Assembly: GCA_043826565.1 (NCBI GenBank)
Contig: JBDRPX010000015.1
Coordinates: 3,317 to 67,316, forward strand
Length of the DNA: 64,000 nucleotides
Direction: 5' to 3'
Source: Candidatus Omnitrophota bacterium
GTDB lineage: Bacteria > Omnitrophota > Gorgyraeia > B26-G9
The translations under genes and the position numbers were made by a program. The notes below the pieces were generated by a model. That model saw only the letters and a program-made list of their open reading frames with translations, did not search any database and was not told where the DNA came from. Below, piece after piece: positions 30,939 to 39,131 of this stretch (position 1 is the first letter of the stretch; every line of letters starts with the position of its first letter).

Positions 30939-32354
30939 TTAATGCCGGGGTTTGCATTCTCTCCCAAAAACTTCAAACTCCCACAAAGAATGGCCGAATT
31001 CTGTTCCGCGCTCAATAGCATACATACTTATATACCGCGCCGGAGCATTAAGATTGGTGATCTCTTCAGTTTTTCCTTTTCCGTTTTGCGTAGAATAAAT
31101 TGTCTGCCATTCTACGGCATTTTCGGAAACCTGTATTTCATAGGTCGTAGCGTATGCCACTTCCCAGCTTAAGCGAACAGCTTTAATCCAATAGGTTTCG
31201 CCTAAATCGATCTGGATCCATTGCGAGTCCGCAAAGTGAGAAGACCAGCGGGTATCCGGATTTCCGTCAACCGCAGATTCCGGAGGGTATTGGGCTGATT
31301 CAACCGTGGAAGAACTTACCTGTTTGTTTTGGGAAATCAAATGCGGCGCCCCCGGAGACACAACAAAGTGAGCTTTTATCTGTTTGTGCGCGTTCATTTT
31401 GATTATTGCCGGGTTTTCTCTTCCGGTTAAATCTCCGCTCCAATGACTGAATTCATATCCGATAGACGGGCTTACCGTAAGGCTAACACTATCTCCTTCT
31501 TTATACACCTCTTGCTGAGGGTCAGCAGTAATATGCCCGTTTTGAGTATATGTCGTTAAAAAATATGCCCCGGGAACTTCTTTCGCGTAAATACGCACAT
31601 AATCGATCTCATGATATTGCGGAAATTCTGTAGCACTGTTAGGGCTTCCCGGCCAGTTACCGCCGACTGCTGTATTCAGAATTAAGTAAAACGGCTCCTG
31701 CGGGATATTGTCCGTTTCCAGAAAGCATTGCACTCCGTCAACATACCAGCACAATTCCTGGGGGGTCCATGCTAAAGCAAATGTGTGAAAATCATCAGAA
31801 AAATCCGGGCCGGTATACATAGAGGCCTGGTGTTTTTTATTCGGCCAGATGCCCCAGTGGTGGGTCGTATAAATAGTATTGGGCGAATGCCCTAAGAGCT
31901 CCATAATGTCTATTTCCGGAGGCCATTCTCCGCTTGCCGGCAGCATCCAATGCGCTGCCCATAAACCTTTTCCTTTAGGCAGTTTTGCTCTTATTTCAAA
32001 ATATCCGTATTGTCTGGCAAATCGATCTATTGTTTCTACTAGTCCGGAGGTGTATTGCCGGCCTTTCATTAATCTTTTCTGACTGCGTAAAACAAGAACC
32101 CCGTCCTGCAAATAGACATCTTCCGGAGTATAATATTGAAGCTCATTATTTTTAAACAGAGCCGCGTCTTCAATTCTCCATTTAGTCAGGTCTAATGATT
32201 CTCCTTCAAATTCATCCTGCCAGAGAAGACACCAATTTTCTTTAATTTCCCGGGGAGTCGTTTGCGCGTATACTGTAATACCTGATATTAAAAATAGTCC
32301 TGCGGCGAGGAAAACAATGGGCAGGGATTTATATATTAAACAACGCTTTTTCAT
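30939..32354 (-). CDS. Secreted GH16 (laminarinase-like) + InlB-type repeat + CBM32/F5-8 domain
   Basis: NNELQYY, catalytic EIDIME, FSHWSGD, AVDGNPDTRWSS, WIQIDLG. Confidence 0.9.
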   Translation of the reverse strand: MKKRCLIYKSLPIVFLAAGLFLISGITVYAQTTPREIKENWCLLWQDEFEGESLDLTKWRIEDAALFKNNELQYYTPEDVYLQDGVLVLRSQKRLMKGRQYTSGLVETIDRFARQYGYFEIRAKLPKGKGLWAAHWMLPASGEWPPEIDIMELLGHSPNTIYTTHHWGIWPNKKHQASMYTGPDFSDDFHTFALAWTPQELCWYVDGVQCFLETDNIPQEPFYLILNTAVGGNWPGSPNSATEFPQYHEIDYVRIYAKEVPGAYFLTTYTQNGHITADPQQEVYKEGDSVSLTVSPSIGYEFSHWSGDLTGRENPAIIKMNAHKQIKAHFVVSPGAPHLISQNKQVSSSTVESAQYPPESAVDGNPDTRWSSHFADSQWIQIDLGETYWIKAVRLSWEVAYATTYEIQVSENAVEWQTIYSTQNGKGKTEEITNLNAPARYISMYAIERGTEFGHSLWEFEVFGRECKPRH

Positions 32355-32403
32355 TTTATAATCATCTCGCCAGGCAACAGATCTCTATTAAATGTCTTTT
32401 CTT

Positions 32404-32703
32404 CTATTTAATTTTAGACATTATTGTTTTTGCTCCGACAAAGTCGCTTCCCTCTTCCTGACGCACAACCTTGTAAAACTCACAGCTTAAACATTTACTT
32501 AGCTTTACAGCAAATGAAGCTTGTTTTTCACCGTCACAAAGAGTATCCATGATCGCCCAGCAGGCCCGGCCGCCGTTTTTCCCATGGTTAATTCCCTCTG
32601 TTCTTTTTTCTGTTGCCGCCGTACATACCCCGCATTTTTCCGCATTTGCACCGCCCGGCTGGCATCCGCATTTTTTAAATTCCCAGCAATTAATTTTTAC
32701 CAT
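32404..32703 (-). CDS. Two-CW-domain Cys-rich protein
   Basis: NCWEFKKCG, GGRACW, CLSCEFY. Confidence 0.78.
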   Translation of the reverse strand: MVKINCWEFKKCGCQPGGANAEKCGVCTAATEKRTEGINHGKNGGRACWAIMDTLCDGEKQASFAVKLSKCLSCEFYKVVRQEEGSDFVGAKTIMSKIK

Positions 32704-32958
32704 AAATTACCCCCAAGTAGAAACATAATATTCTCTCCTTTTATATCAGAAATTCACTAAAAAAGCAACCCTTAAAGACCTCCGCCGCATCGCCCGCCCC
32801 TTGCTTTTCCAAAAAATTTATGCTATCTTATGCACGTACCGTTAGTTTTGATCGTATGATCTTTTGCGGAAAAATACCTGGGCGGTGATCTGAGCGTAAG
32901 CGAAGATCATCTCGAACAGAGTGAGAGATCTTCAAAAAGCCTACAGGATAAGAATATC

Positions 32959-33291
32959 TTGATGAATAAAGATATATTTGTAAAACCTTGGTTTTTATAT
33001 ATCGCAAAATGTCGAGATGGGACACTTTATGTTGGTGTTGCGCAAGATGTATATAAAAGAATAAAGGAACATAATACAACCAATCGATGTAGATATACGC
33101 GGTTCCGCAAGCCACTAATATTGATATATAAGGAAAAATCTGATAATTATAGCTTAGTGCGAAAAAGAGAATCAGAAGTAAAGAAATTTAGTCGGAAGAA
33201 AAAGCTAGCGCTAATAGAACAAAGAATCTCAGAGAAGCTATCTCACCCCAAAGAACGGGGTTCGATATCCGCTGATCGAAGCAAAAGTTGA
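32959..33291 (+). CDS. Small GIY-YIG nuclease (YhbQ/YazA-like)
   Basis: WFLYIAKCRDGTLYVG..KRIKEHN..RYTR..RESEVKK. Confidence 0.9.
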   Translation: MMNKDIFVKPWFLYIAKCRDGTLYVGVAQDVYKRIKEHNTTNRCRYTRFRKPLILIYKEKSDNYSLVRKRESEVKKFSRKKKLALIEQRISEKLSHPKERGSISADRSKS

Positions 33292-33368
33292 GATCATCTC
33301 GAGCAAACGCGAGAGATCTGATTATATTTAGACATAAGACTTCTCACCTGAAAAACAGGTTCGACGTC
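33237..33368. repeat. Hairpin repeat copies D (33237-33269) and E (33338-33368)
   Basis: GCTATC-TC-ACCCC..GGGGT-TC-GATATC and GACTTC-TC-ACCTG..CAGGT-TC-GACGTC. Confidence 0.8.
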
Positions 33369-33397
33369 CGCTCAAAATTATTAGCATAATTATTCGC

Positions 33398-33592
33398 GGA
33401 GGAATGGCTGAGCGGTTGTCCGCCGGGAGGACACAGAGAAGTTGCCTACGGCGAGATCTCGCCCGGCCTAATAAGAAAAATTTTTGATTTTGGCCGAGGC
33501 GGAAATGCGGCTGGTCTTGCGAAGCGAATGAAATGAGCGGAGTCCCGCAAGGATGCTTAAATAAGAGCACTGTCGCGGGGCAAACCGTTGTA
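33398..33592 (+). pseudogene. Interrupted 5' half-copy of tRNA-Ser(TGA)
   Basis: Blocks 33398-33418, 33504-33519 and 33582-33592 match successive tRNA segments, separated by palindromic inserts. Confidence 0.7.
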
Positions 33593-33639
33593 ACAACGGA
33601 ATACATAGTATACTTAAACAAAAATTTAATATTTTTCGC

Positions 33640-33727
33640 GGAGGAATGGCTGAGCGGTTGAAAGCGGCGGTCTTGAAAACCGTTGTACTGCAAGGTACCG
33701 TGGGTTCGAATCCTACTTCCTCCGCCA
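33640..33727 (+). tRNA. tRNA-Ser(TGA)
   Basis: GGAGGAATGGCTGAGCGG...CTTGAAA...variable arm...GGTTCGAATCC...TCCTCCGCCA, 88 nt. Confidence 0.95.
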
Positions 33728-34032
33728 GAACATCAAACCCCCTTCATGGGGGTTTTTATTTTCTAGTCGTGGATGAGGAGGATGAGAACCCAAAAAGAGG
33801 ATTTTAAGGAGGAGGATTGTTCCTTCTTATCGGCGCACGTGAACCCCACGCGGAAGGAAAAGGAACAGCCCGAAGGGCGATAGGGAAAAACCATGAGGGT
33901 TTTTCTCTATAGAGTAAGCGGACCGCAATACCGGCAAAGCCGGTTGTAGGGAAGCGACACGACGGGGGCGTAATCCTACTTCCTCCGCCAGAAAAGCGCC
34001 TTTCACTGAAAGCCTTCTTTCTGGTATAATAA
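33721..34032 (+). repeat. Cassette left-end repeat copy 1 (terminator + structured region + 19-nt tRNA 3' copy + extended -10)
   Basis: Highly similar to 38737-39045; AATCCTACTTCCTCCGCCA at 33972-33990. Confidence 0.92.
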
Positions 34033-34056
34033 CACATATTTAAAAAGGAAATTTTT

Positions 34057-34911
34057 ATGAAAAAATTAAAACCAAAAGAACCATTACTGGCGCTATTATT
34101 AGCCTGTCTTTTCCCAGGATTAGGACAAGTGTATGCAGGACAGACAAAACGCGGGATTAAATTCTTTTGCCTTTTAGTTGTCTTGCCGTTAATCCCCATC
34201 TTGTATCTTTTACATCCTCAGACAGGGATACCTGCTGTTTTAGGATATGCTTTTCTGGCAATGCTTGGCTTTCTGGTTATTTTAAGTTTTGTTGTGCTTG
34301 TAGACGCATATAAATGTGCAAAATCGTTCAATCGGCATCGTAATATTAAAATAACTACTTCTCGGTCAAAAAAGTTTTGGCTAATTATCTACATTATCTT
34401 TTTTCTCTTCGTGTTCAATCCTAGTTCTCTCGTTGGGCTTTATGTGAAAACATCGGTGATTCAAGCCTTTAAAATCCCGGTAGGCTCAATGATGCCTACA
34501 CTTATTGCAGGAGATCGTATTATTTGTAATAAACTGGCTTATAAAAAATCCGCACCGAAAAGAGGTGATGTTATAATTTTTAAATTTCCGGAAAACCCTA
34601 AAATTGTTTTTATTAAAAGACTCGTGGGATTTCCCGGAGAAACATTAGAAATTCGGAGTGGACAGATTATCATTAATGGCAAAACACTTAAAGAGCCTAA
34701 AGCAATAACACAAACGTTTTATCATAATCGCGGAGAATATGGACAGGAAGAACAAGCTATTACAATCCCAGAAGATAGTTATTTTTGCCTGGGAGATAAC
34801 AGCTATAATAGCAGAGATTCCCGTTATTGGGGGTTTGTCCCGAAAAAGAACCTTATAGGTAAAGCATATAAGATTTATTGGCCTTTTGATAGATCGGGGC
34901 CAATAGAATAA
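34057..34911 (+). CDS. lepB: Signal peptidase I paralog with extra N-terminal TM helices
   Basis: GSMMPTL (Ser), FIKRLVG (Lys), GDNSYNSRDSRYWG. Confidence 0.92.
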   Translation: MKKLKPKEPLLALLLACLFPGLGQVYAGQTKRGIKFFCLLVVLPLIPILYLLHPQTGIPAVLGYAFLAMLGFLVILSFVVLVDAYKCAKSFNRHRNIKITTSRSKKFWLIIYIIFFLFVFNPSSLVGLYVKTSVIQAFKIPVGSMMPTLIAGDRIICNKLAYKKSAPKRGDVIIFKFPENPKIVFIKRLVGFPGETLEIRSGQIIINGKTLKEPKAITQTFYHNRGEYGQEEQAITIPEDSYFCLGDNSYNSRDSRYWGFVPKKNLIGKAYKIYWPFDRSGPIE

Positions 34912-34925
34912 GAAAGGCATTTAAT

Positions 34926-36413
34926 ATGCGAGTAAACATTTTTGTTGGATTAGTAGTATTAGGACTTGGCCTTTATTGGCTTATCCCGTGGATTCGAAAA
35001 CTTAACGATAAATACATTAAAGGAGAATTTATTGTTAAGAAATATCCTTTGAAGGAAATTTGGAGTCAGATTATTGGCAATAAGGAAGTTTTAAAACGGC
35101 TTTTAATTACCGTTACAATTTTGATTTTAATACGCATGGCTTACCATATCCCCTTACCCTGTATTGACACAACTCCTATGAGGGACTTTTTTTCTAAACA
35201 CTCTACAATGAGCTCTTCTTATCCACAAATATATGTTCTAAATTTAGGGTTATTGCCTTTTACGGGAATGTGTGGTCTTTTGCTTTTGTTTTCAATTATT
35301 ATTCCTCCCCTGCGCAGAAACGTCTTTGGGGGCGAAAAAGGCCGTAATAAATTAATAAAACATACCTTGTTCGGCGCAGCAATACTAGCAATCTTCCAAT
35401 CCTACTCCTTTATGTCTTATGTGTTTGAACAGAATTTAGTCACAATCAACGGCCCTTATATTAATTTTATTATTATAAGTATAACAACTTTGTTAGCTGG
35501 AGTTTTTTGTTTAATTGTTGCCGCAGAAACTATTAATCGATTTGGAATTGGAAATGGATATGCCCTAATTATATCTGAGGCTATTCTGTTAGGAATCATA
35601 TCCAAATTGTATAAACTTCAATCCCTTTTACCTATACTTATGGTTCTTGGAATTCTTTTTGTACTTGGTTATTTTACCCGACTGATAAAACCTGAAGAAA
35701 TAATAAATAAAAAAGGAGAAAAAACAACACTGAAATTCCGGCTTAGCTGGGTTGGACTTGGCCCGCTCCTGCTGGCAAGCACAATTATCATGCCCTTATA
35801 CACTTTAACCCATTTTTGGAATGCTCGATGGATAAGTCATTATTATATTTTTGACATATTGACAGCTTTATTAATTATCCCTACTACTTTTTTATATAGC
35901 AGCATAGTCTTTGACCCCCAATATGTTTCGAAGCTTTTAAATAAATACGGCTATTCCTTTGCAAATAACCCTAAAGAGTTGACTCCAAGCCGCTATCTAG
36001 AAAAAACCGTGCTTAAAGTCCTTCCCATAACCGCTGTTTTATTATGCTTGGGCTATATGCTTCCAAAACTTTTGGTGCATACGAAACTTTATTCAGGATC
36101 AACGATGGTAGTCGTAATCGGAGGAAGATTAGGTCTTTGGGGCTTAACTGGTGCTTTTCTTGATTTACTCGACCAGTTAGAGTTTTTTCATAAAAAGAAA
36201 CTAGCTGGAATAAAAGAATGGGGAATTTGCTATGTAGCCCAGGACGAAATAGAAGCTAGCATAAAAAGTGGATACTTGAGATCACAAGAAATAAAGGCCT
36301 TAGTTAAACCCTATAGATATACTTGGGGCTTACCCATTAGAACAATGGTCGATAAATATGAAATTTATGTACCTCAAGAGCGAGTACAAAAGGCGCGGGA
36401 ACTGATCGTTTAA
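34926..36413 (+). CDS. Divergent SecY-like protein with a small C-terminal soluble domain (DUF2007-like)
   Basis: HIPLPCID, LGLLPF, ETINRFGIGNGYALII, GPLLLAS, FDPQYVSKLLNKYG resemble SecY signatures. Confidence 0.8.
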   Translation: MRVNIFVGLVVLGLGLYWLIPWIRKLNDKYIKGEFIVKKYPLKEIWSQIIGNKEVLKRLLITVTILILIRMAYHIPLPCIDTTPMRDFFSKHSTMSSSYPQIYVLNLGLLPFTGMCGLLLLFSIIIPPLRRNVFGGEKGRNKLIKHTLFGAAILAIFQSYSFMSYVFEQNLVTINGPYINFIIISITTLLAGVFCLIVAAETINRFGIGNGYALIISEAILLGIISKLYKLQSLLPILMVLGILFVLGYFTRLIKPEEIINKKGEKTTLKFRLSWVGLGPLLLASTIIMPLYTLTHFWNARWISHYYIFDILTALLIIPTTFLYSSIVFDPQYVSKLLNKYGYSFANNPKELTPSRYLEKTVLKVLPITAVLLCLGYMLPKLLVHTKLYSGSTMVVVIGGRLGLWGLTGAFLDLLDQLEFFHKKKLAGIKEWGICYVAQDEIEASIKSGYLRSQEIKALVKPYRYTWGLPIRTMVDKYEIYVPQERVQKARELIV

Positions 36414-36432
36414 AACAAAAGGACGCTATTTA

Positions 36433-36879
36433 ATGAAACATCTTAGAAAAAGGTTATGTTTTTTTATACTACTAAGCGCTCTTATTTCTTACAGTTTTGC
36501 TTACGGAAGAGTATCAAGCATTAAGATTAATGAGCAGGCATATGAAGTTATCTATGGGGAGGAAATGACTATATACCTAGGCAAGCCCGCAAATCCACCG
36601 ACCCAACTTATAGCAAAACTTAAAGAATATTTCAAAACTAATAAAAAAATAGAATCTGCATACCTCGCACAAATGGCTGTGCCTCAAGAAAAACAACCTT
36701 CTCATCCAGTAATTGGAATAAAGATGTCTGGTCAAATTGAGACCATTTTAGATACACTGTTTTCTCTGGCAAAAGGATCATTAAGAAAGACCGACTTTGT
36801 TGATTTCATTCCCATTGAGCCTGGGACTACAATCTCAGAGTATATGCTTAAAGAAGTGGAGCCGTTTTATGAAAAATAA
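36433..36879 (+). CDS. SseB C-terminal-domain-like protein
   Basis: IYLGKPA..P, IESAYLAQM, HPVIGI, VDFI, VEPFY. Confidence 0.7.
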   Translation: MKHLRKRLCFFILLSALISYSFAYGRVSSIKINEQAYEVIYGEEMTIYLGKPANPPTQLIAKLKEYFKTNKKIESAYLAQMAVPQEKQPSHPVIGIKMSGQIETILDTLFSLAKGSLRKTDFVDFIPIEPGTTISEYMLKEVEPFYEK

Positions 36880-37582
36880 ATTCTTATTGTGTGCATTATT
36901 GTTGGCTATCGTCCTCGCCCCTGCCACCAATGCAATGTCCGAAGTAAAAAGCATTAAAGGCAGAAGCACAATTAAAACAGTTATGCGTGTAAGGTCTTTT
37001 AACTTTTCTGAGATAGAAAATTTGATGGGTAAAAGATGGAAAGAGGTTATTACGCTAAGACCCGATGTTCAAATCCTTTCAATGGGGCCTGATAATGTTG
37101 ATTTAACCCCTGACATTAACATTCCCCAAAAAGGGCTGATAGAGCAGGTATCCGACAAAGATTCCTTACATACAATTATGTATGCCTTTGAAGCTGGAGT
37201 TTTAGAATCTATAAGCATTGCCGGTAAAATCAATCACGTTGAAAGATCAAAAGTGATTGAACAGTCTCTTGCAAAATATGGTGATTATGATGCTATAGAG
37301 GGGGCAGTAACAGAAAAAAATATTGGTGTTTTAAAATGGGATAAGGGAAAGCGTCATATTAAACTTTGGCTGCCTTATTCGAGCAAAAACAAGGAGCAGA
37401 CATTTGCATTGCAGTTTTTATCGCAAAAAGCTCATGAAAAGTTTCAAACCGTAGAAAATGAAATCAAGGCAAAGAAAAAATCCATTACTGGTCAGGTCAC
37501 CCTAGACATCCCCCAAAATACCAAGATAAAAGCACTAAAAGACGAGATAGAAAATATCAAAAAAGCTCATGACAATAGATAA
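36869..37582 (+). CDS. Exported hypothetical protein
   Basis: ATG at 36869 gives signal peptide MKNKFLLCALLLAIVLAPATNA; the ORF-track start is probably too early. Confidence 0.7.
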   Translation: MKNKFLLCALLLAIVLAPATNAMSEVKSIKGRSTIKTVMRVRSFNFSEIENLMGKRWKEVITLRPDVQILSMGPDNVDLTPDINIPQKGLIEQVSDKDSLHTIMYAFEAGVLESISIAGKINHVERSKVIEQSLAKYGDYDAIEGAVTEKNIGVLKWDKGKRHIKLWLPYSSKNKEQTFALQFLSQKAHEKFQTVENEIKAKKKSITGQVTLDIPQNTKIKALKDEIENIKKAHDNR

Positions 37583-37702
37583 AGCATGTTTACCCTCCCC
37601 TGTTTATCCAAAACAGTTTTCAGGGGGGATTAACGCTGTCCCCTTTAAGCATAATGACAGCAGAATCTTTTGCTAAAGGAATAAGTATGAAAGGAGAAGC
37701 TT

Positions 37703-38479
37703 GTGAAAATTTTTAAAATAATTACATGCCTTTTGGTCTTTTTATTGCTGGCAATTAACATGTCTTACGCTTCCCCAAACAAGGACTATTGTAATAAGAG
37801 GATGGGGTCTGATTATCAAGGGATCGGACGAGAATCTGAAAAATTGCAGGAAGTTGAGTTATTTTATGTTTTGGTGCAAAAACATTTAGAACCAACAAAA
37901 AATGTTGTAGTTGAAAATGCGCGAACTATTTATTTGCTTAAAGGAATAGAGCATGCAAGCAAAGGAAAGTATGATAAAGCAATTGAACAATTTAAAAAAG
38001 CACTTATTCTTAATCCTAAAGATGCCCTAGCACATAATTGCCTTGGGGGAGCTTATAAAAGCAAGGGCATGCTTGATGAAGCAATTAAAGCATACAAAAA
38101 AGCACTTATTCTTAATCCTAAAGATGCCCGCGCACATACTAGCCTTGCAGCAGTATATGAACGCAAAAAAATGCGTGATGAAGCAATCGAAGAATACAAA
38201 AAGGCTATCGCCATTGACCCCGAATATTTCAGGCCTCATTATGACCTTGGAGTAGCCTATAAATGCAAAGGAATGGTTGATGAAGCAATTGAAGAATACA
38301 AAAAAGCTCTTGTCATCGATCCTAACAATGCCAAGACACATTACGAATTGGCATTGTTATATTGCAATAAAAAGCAATATGACCTATCTATTGAACATTG
38401 TGATAAAGCAATTAAGTATGGTAAAAAAAGTTCTATGCTTTTAAAGCGGTTAGCTCCATTCCGAAATAAAGACTATTAA
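37703..38479 (+). CDS. Exported TPR-repeat protein
   Basis: Signal peptide; tandem 34-aa repeats (AH..LG..Y...G..DEAI..YKKA...P). Confidence 0.9.
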   Translation: MKIFKIITCLLVFLLLAINMSYASPNKDYCNKRMGSDYQGIGRESEKLQEVELFYVLVQKHLEPTKNVVVENARTIYLLKGIEHASKGKYDKAIEQFKKALILNPKDALAHNCLGGAYKSKGMLDEAIKAYKKALILNPKDARAHTSLAAVYERKKMRDEAIEEYKKAIAIDPEYFRPHYDLGVAYKCKGMVDEAIEEYKKALVIDPNNAKTHYELALLYCNKKQYDLSIEHCDKAIKYGKKSSMLLKRLAPFRNKDY

Positions 38480-38491
38480 TCCAAAACATGC

Positions 38492-38743
38492 TTATTCCCC
38501 TCCCCTTCTAATATGCCGAATCGCCCTAATAACAGTCTTTTTACTAACCTTCAGACTCTGGGCTATATCTATGTAGTTCATGCCTAATAGGCATAATTGT
38601 GTGGCTTTTGGGGCTATCTTTTGATATAAAGGGATTTGTTGTGTTGGAAGTACTTTGATATGTGCGTTGATTTCGGCTGCACATTCGACAGGCTCAGTGT
38701 GCCCGGTGGTCACGGTGCGAATTGGTTGCAACTGCGTCCGCCA
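38492..38743 (-). pseudogene. HTH-containing C-terminal gene fragment starting at TCCGCCA (cassette right end, copy 1)
   Basis: WRTQLQPIRT...PLYQKIA..A..L.LLGM.Y.DIA.SLKVSKKTV; 267-bp homology 38477-38743 vs 46932-47198. Confidence 0.65.
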
Positions 38744-39045
38744 GAAAATCAAACCCCCTTCATGGGGGTTTTTATTTTCTAGTCGTGAATGAGGAGGATG
38801 AGAACCCAAAAAGAGGATTTTAAGGAGGAAGATTGTTCCTCCTTGTCGGCGCACGTACCCCCACCCGGAAGGAAAAGGAACAGCCCGAAGGGCGATAGGG
38901 AAAAACCATGAGGGTTTTCCTCTATGGAGTGAGCGGACCGCAATACCGGCAAAGCCGGTTGTAGGGAAGCGACACGATGGGGGCGTAATCCTACTTCCTC
39001 CGCCAAAAGCACCTTTCTCCAAAAGCCTTCTTTCTGGTATAATAA
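38737..39045 (+). repeat. Cassette left-end repeat copy 2
   Basis: Matches 33721-34032; tRNA 3' 19-mer at 38987-39005. Confidence 0.92.
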
Positions 39046-39131
39046 AAAACACCGACAACCCGAAGAAAACTTATGGTTATGTGGTAGGAATTCTGGAGAA
39101 TTGGGATAAAAAAAATAACTACAGTTTAAAT

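Larger units (their letters stand above)
33728..38743. mobile_element. tRNA-Ser-integrated cassette 1 (non-autonomous)
   Basis: Bounded by TCCGCCA; both ends shared with cassette 2; no integrase inside. Confidence 0.7.

Noticed and set aside
24465-33368. Hairpin repeats as a CRISPR array or integron attC sites
   Set aside because: No regular repeat-spacer period, no cas or intI gene, and no RYYYAAC/GTTRRRY boxes recognised
33520-33581. Insert in the anticodon loop of the pseudo-tRNA as a group I intron
   Set aside because: Only 62 nt, no recognisable core helices, and the copy lacks a T-arm and 3' acceptor strand
33328-34199. Minus-strand ORFs 33328-33693 and 33804-34199
   Set aside because: They overlap the tRNA and repeat antisense; shadow ORFs
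37940-38340. About 102-bp periodic DNA repeats
   Set aside because: Explained by tandem TPR coding units
38492-39058. 188-aa ORF as an ordinary protein
   Set aside because: The N-terminal part is antisense read-through of the structured repeat, and the equivalent frame is broken in copy 1; only the HTH part looks coding
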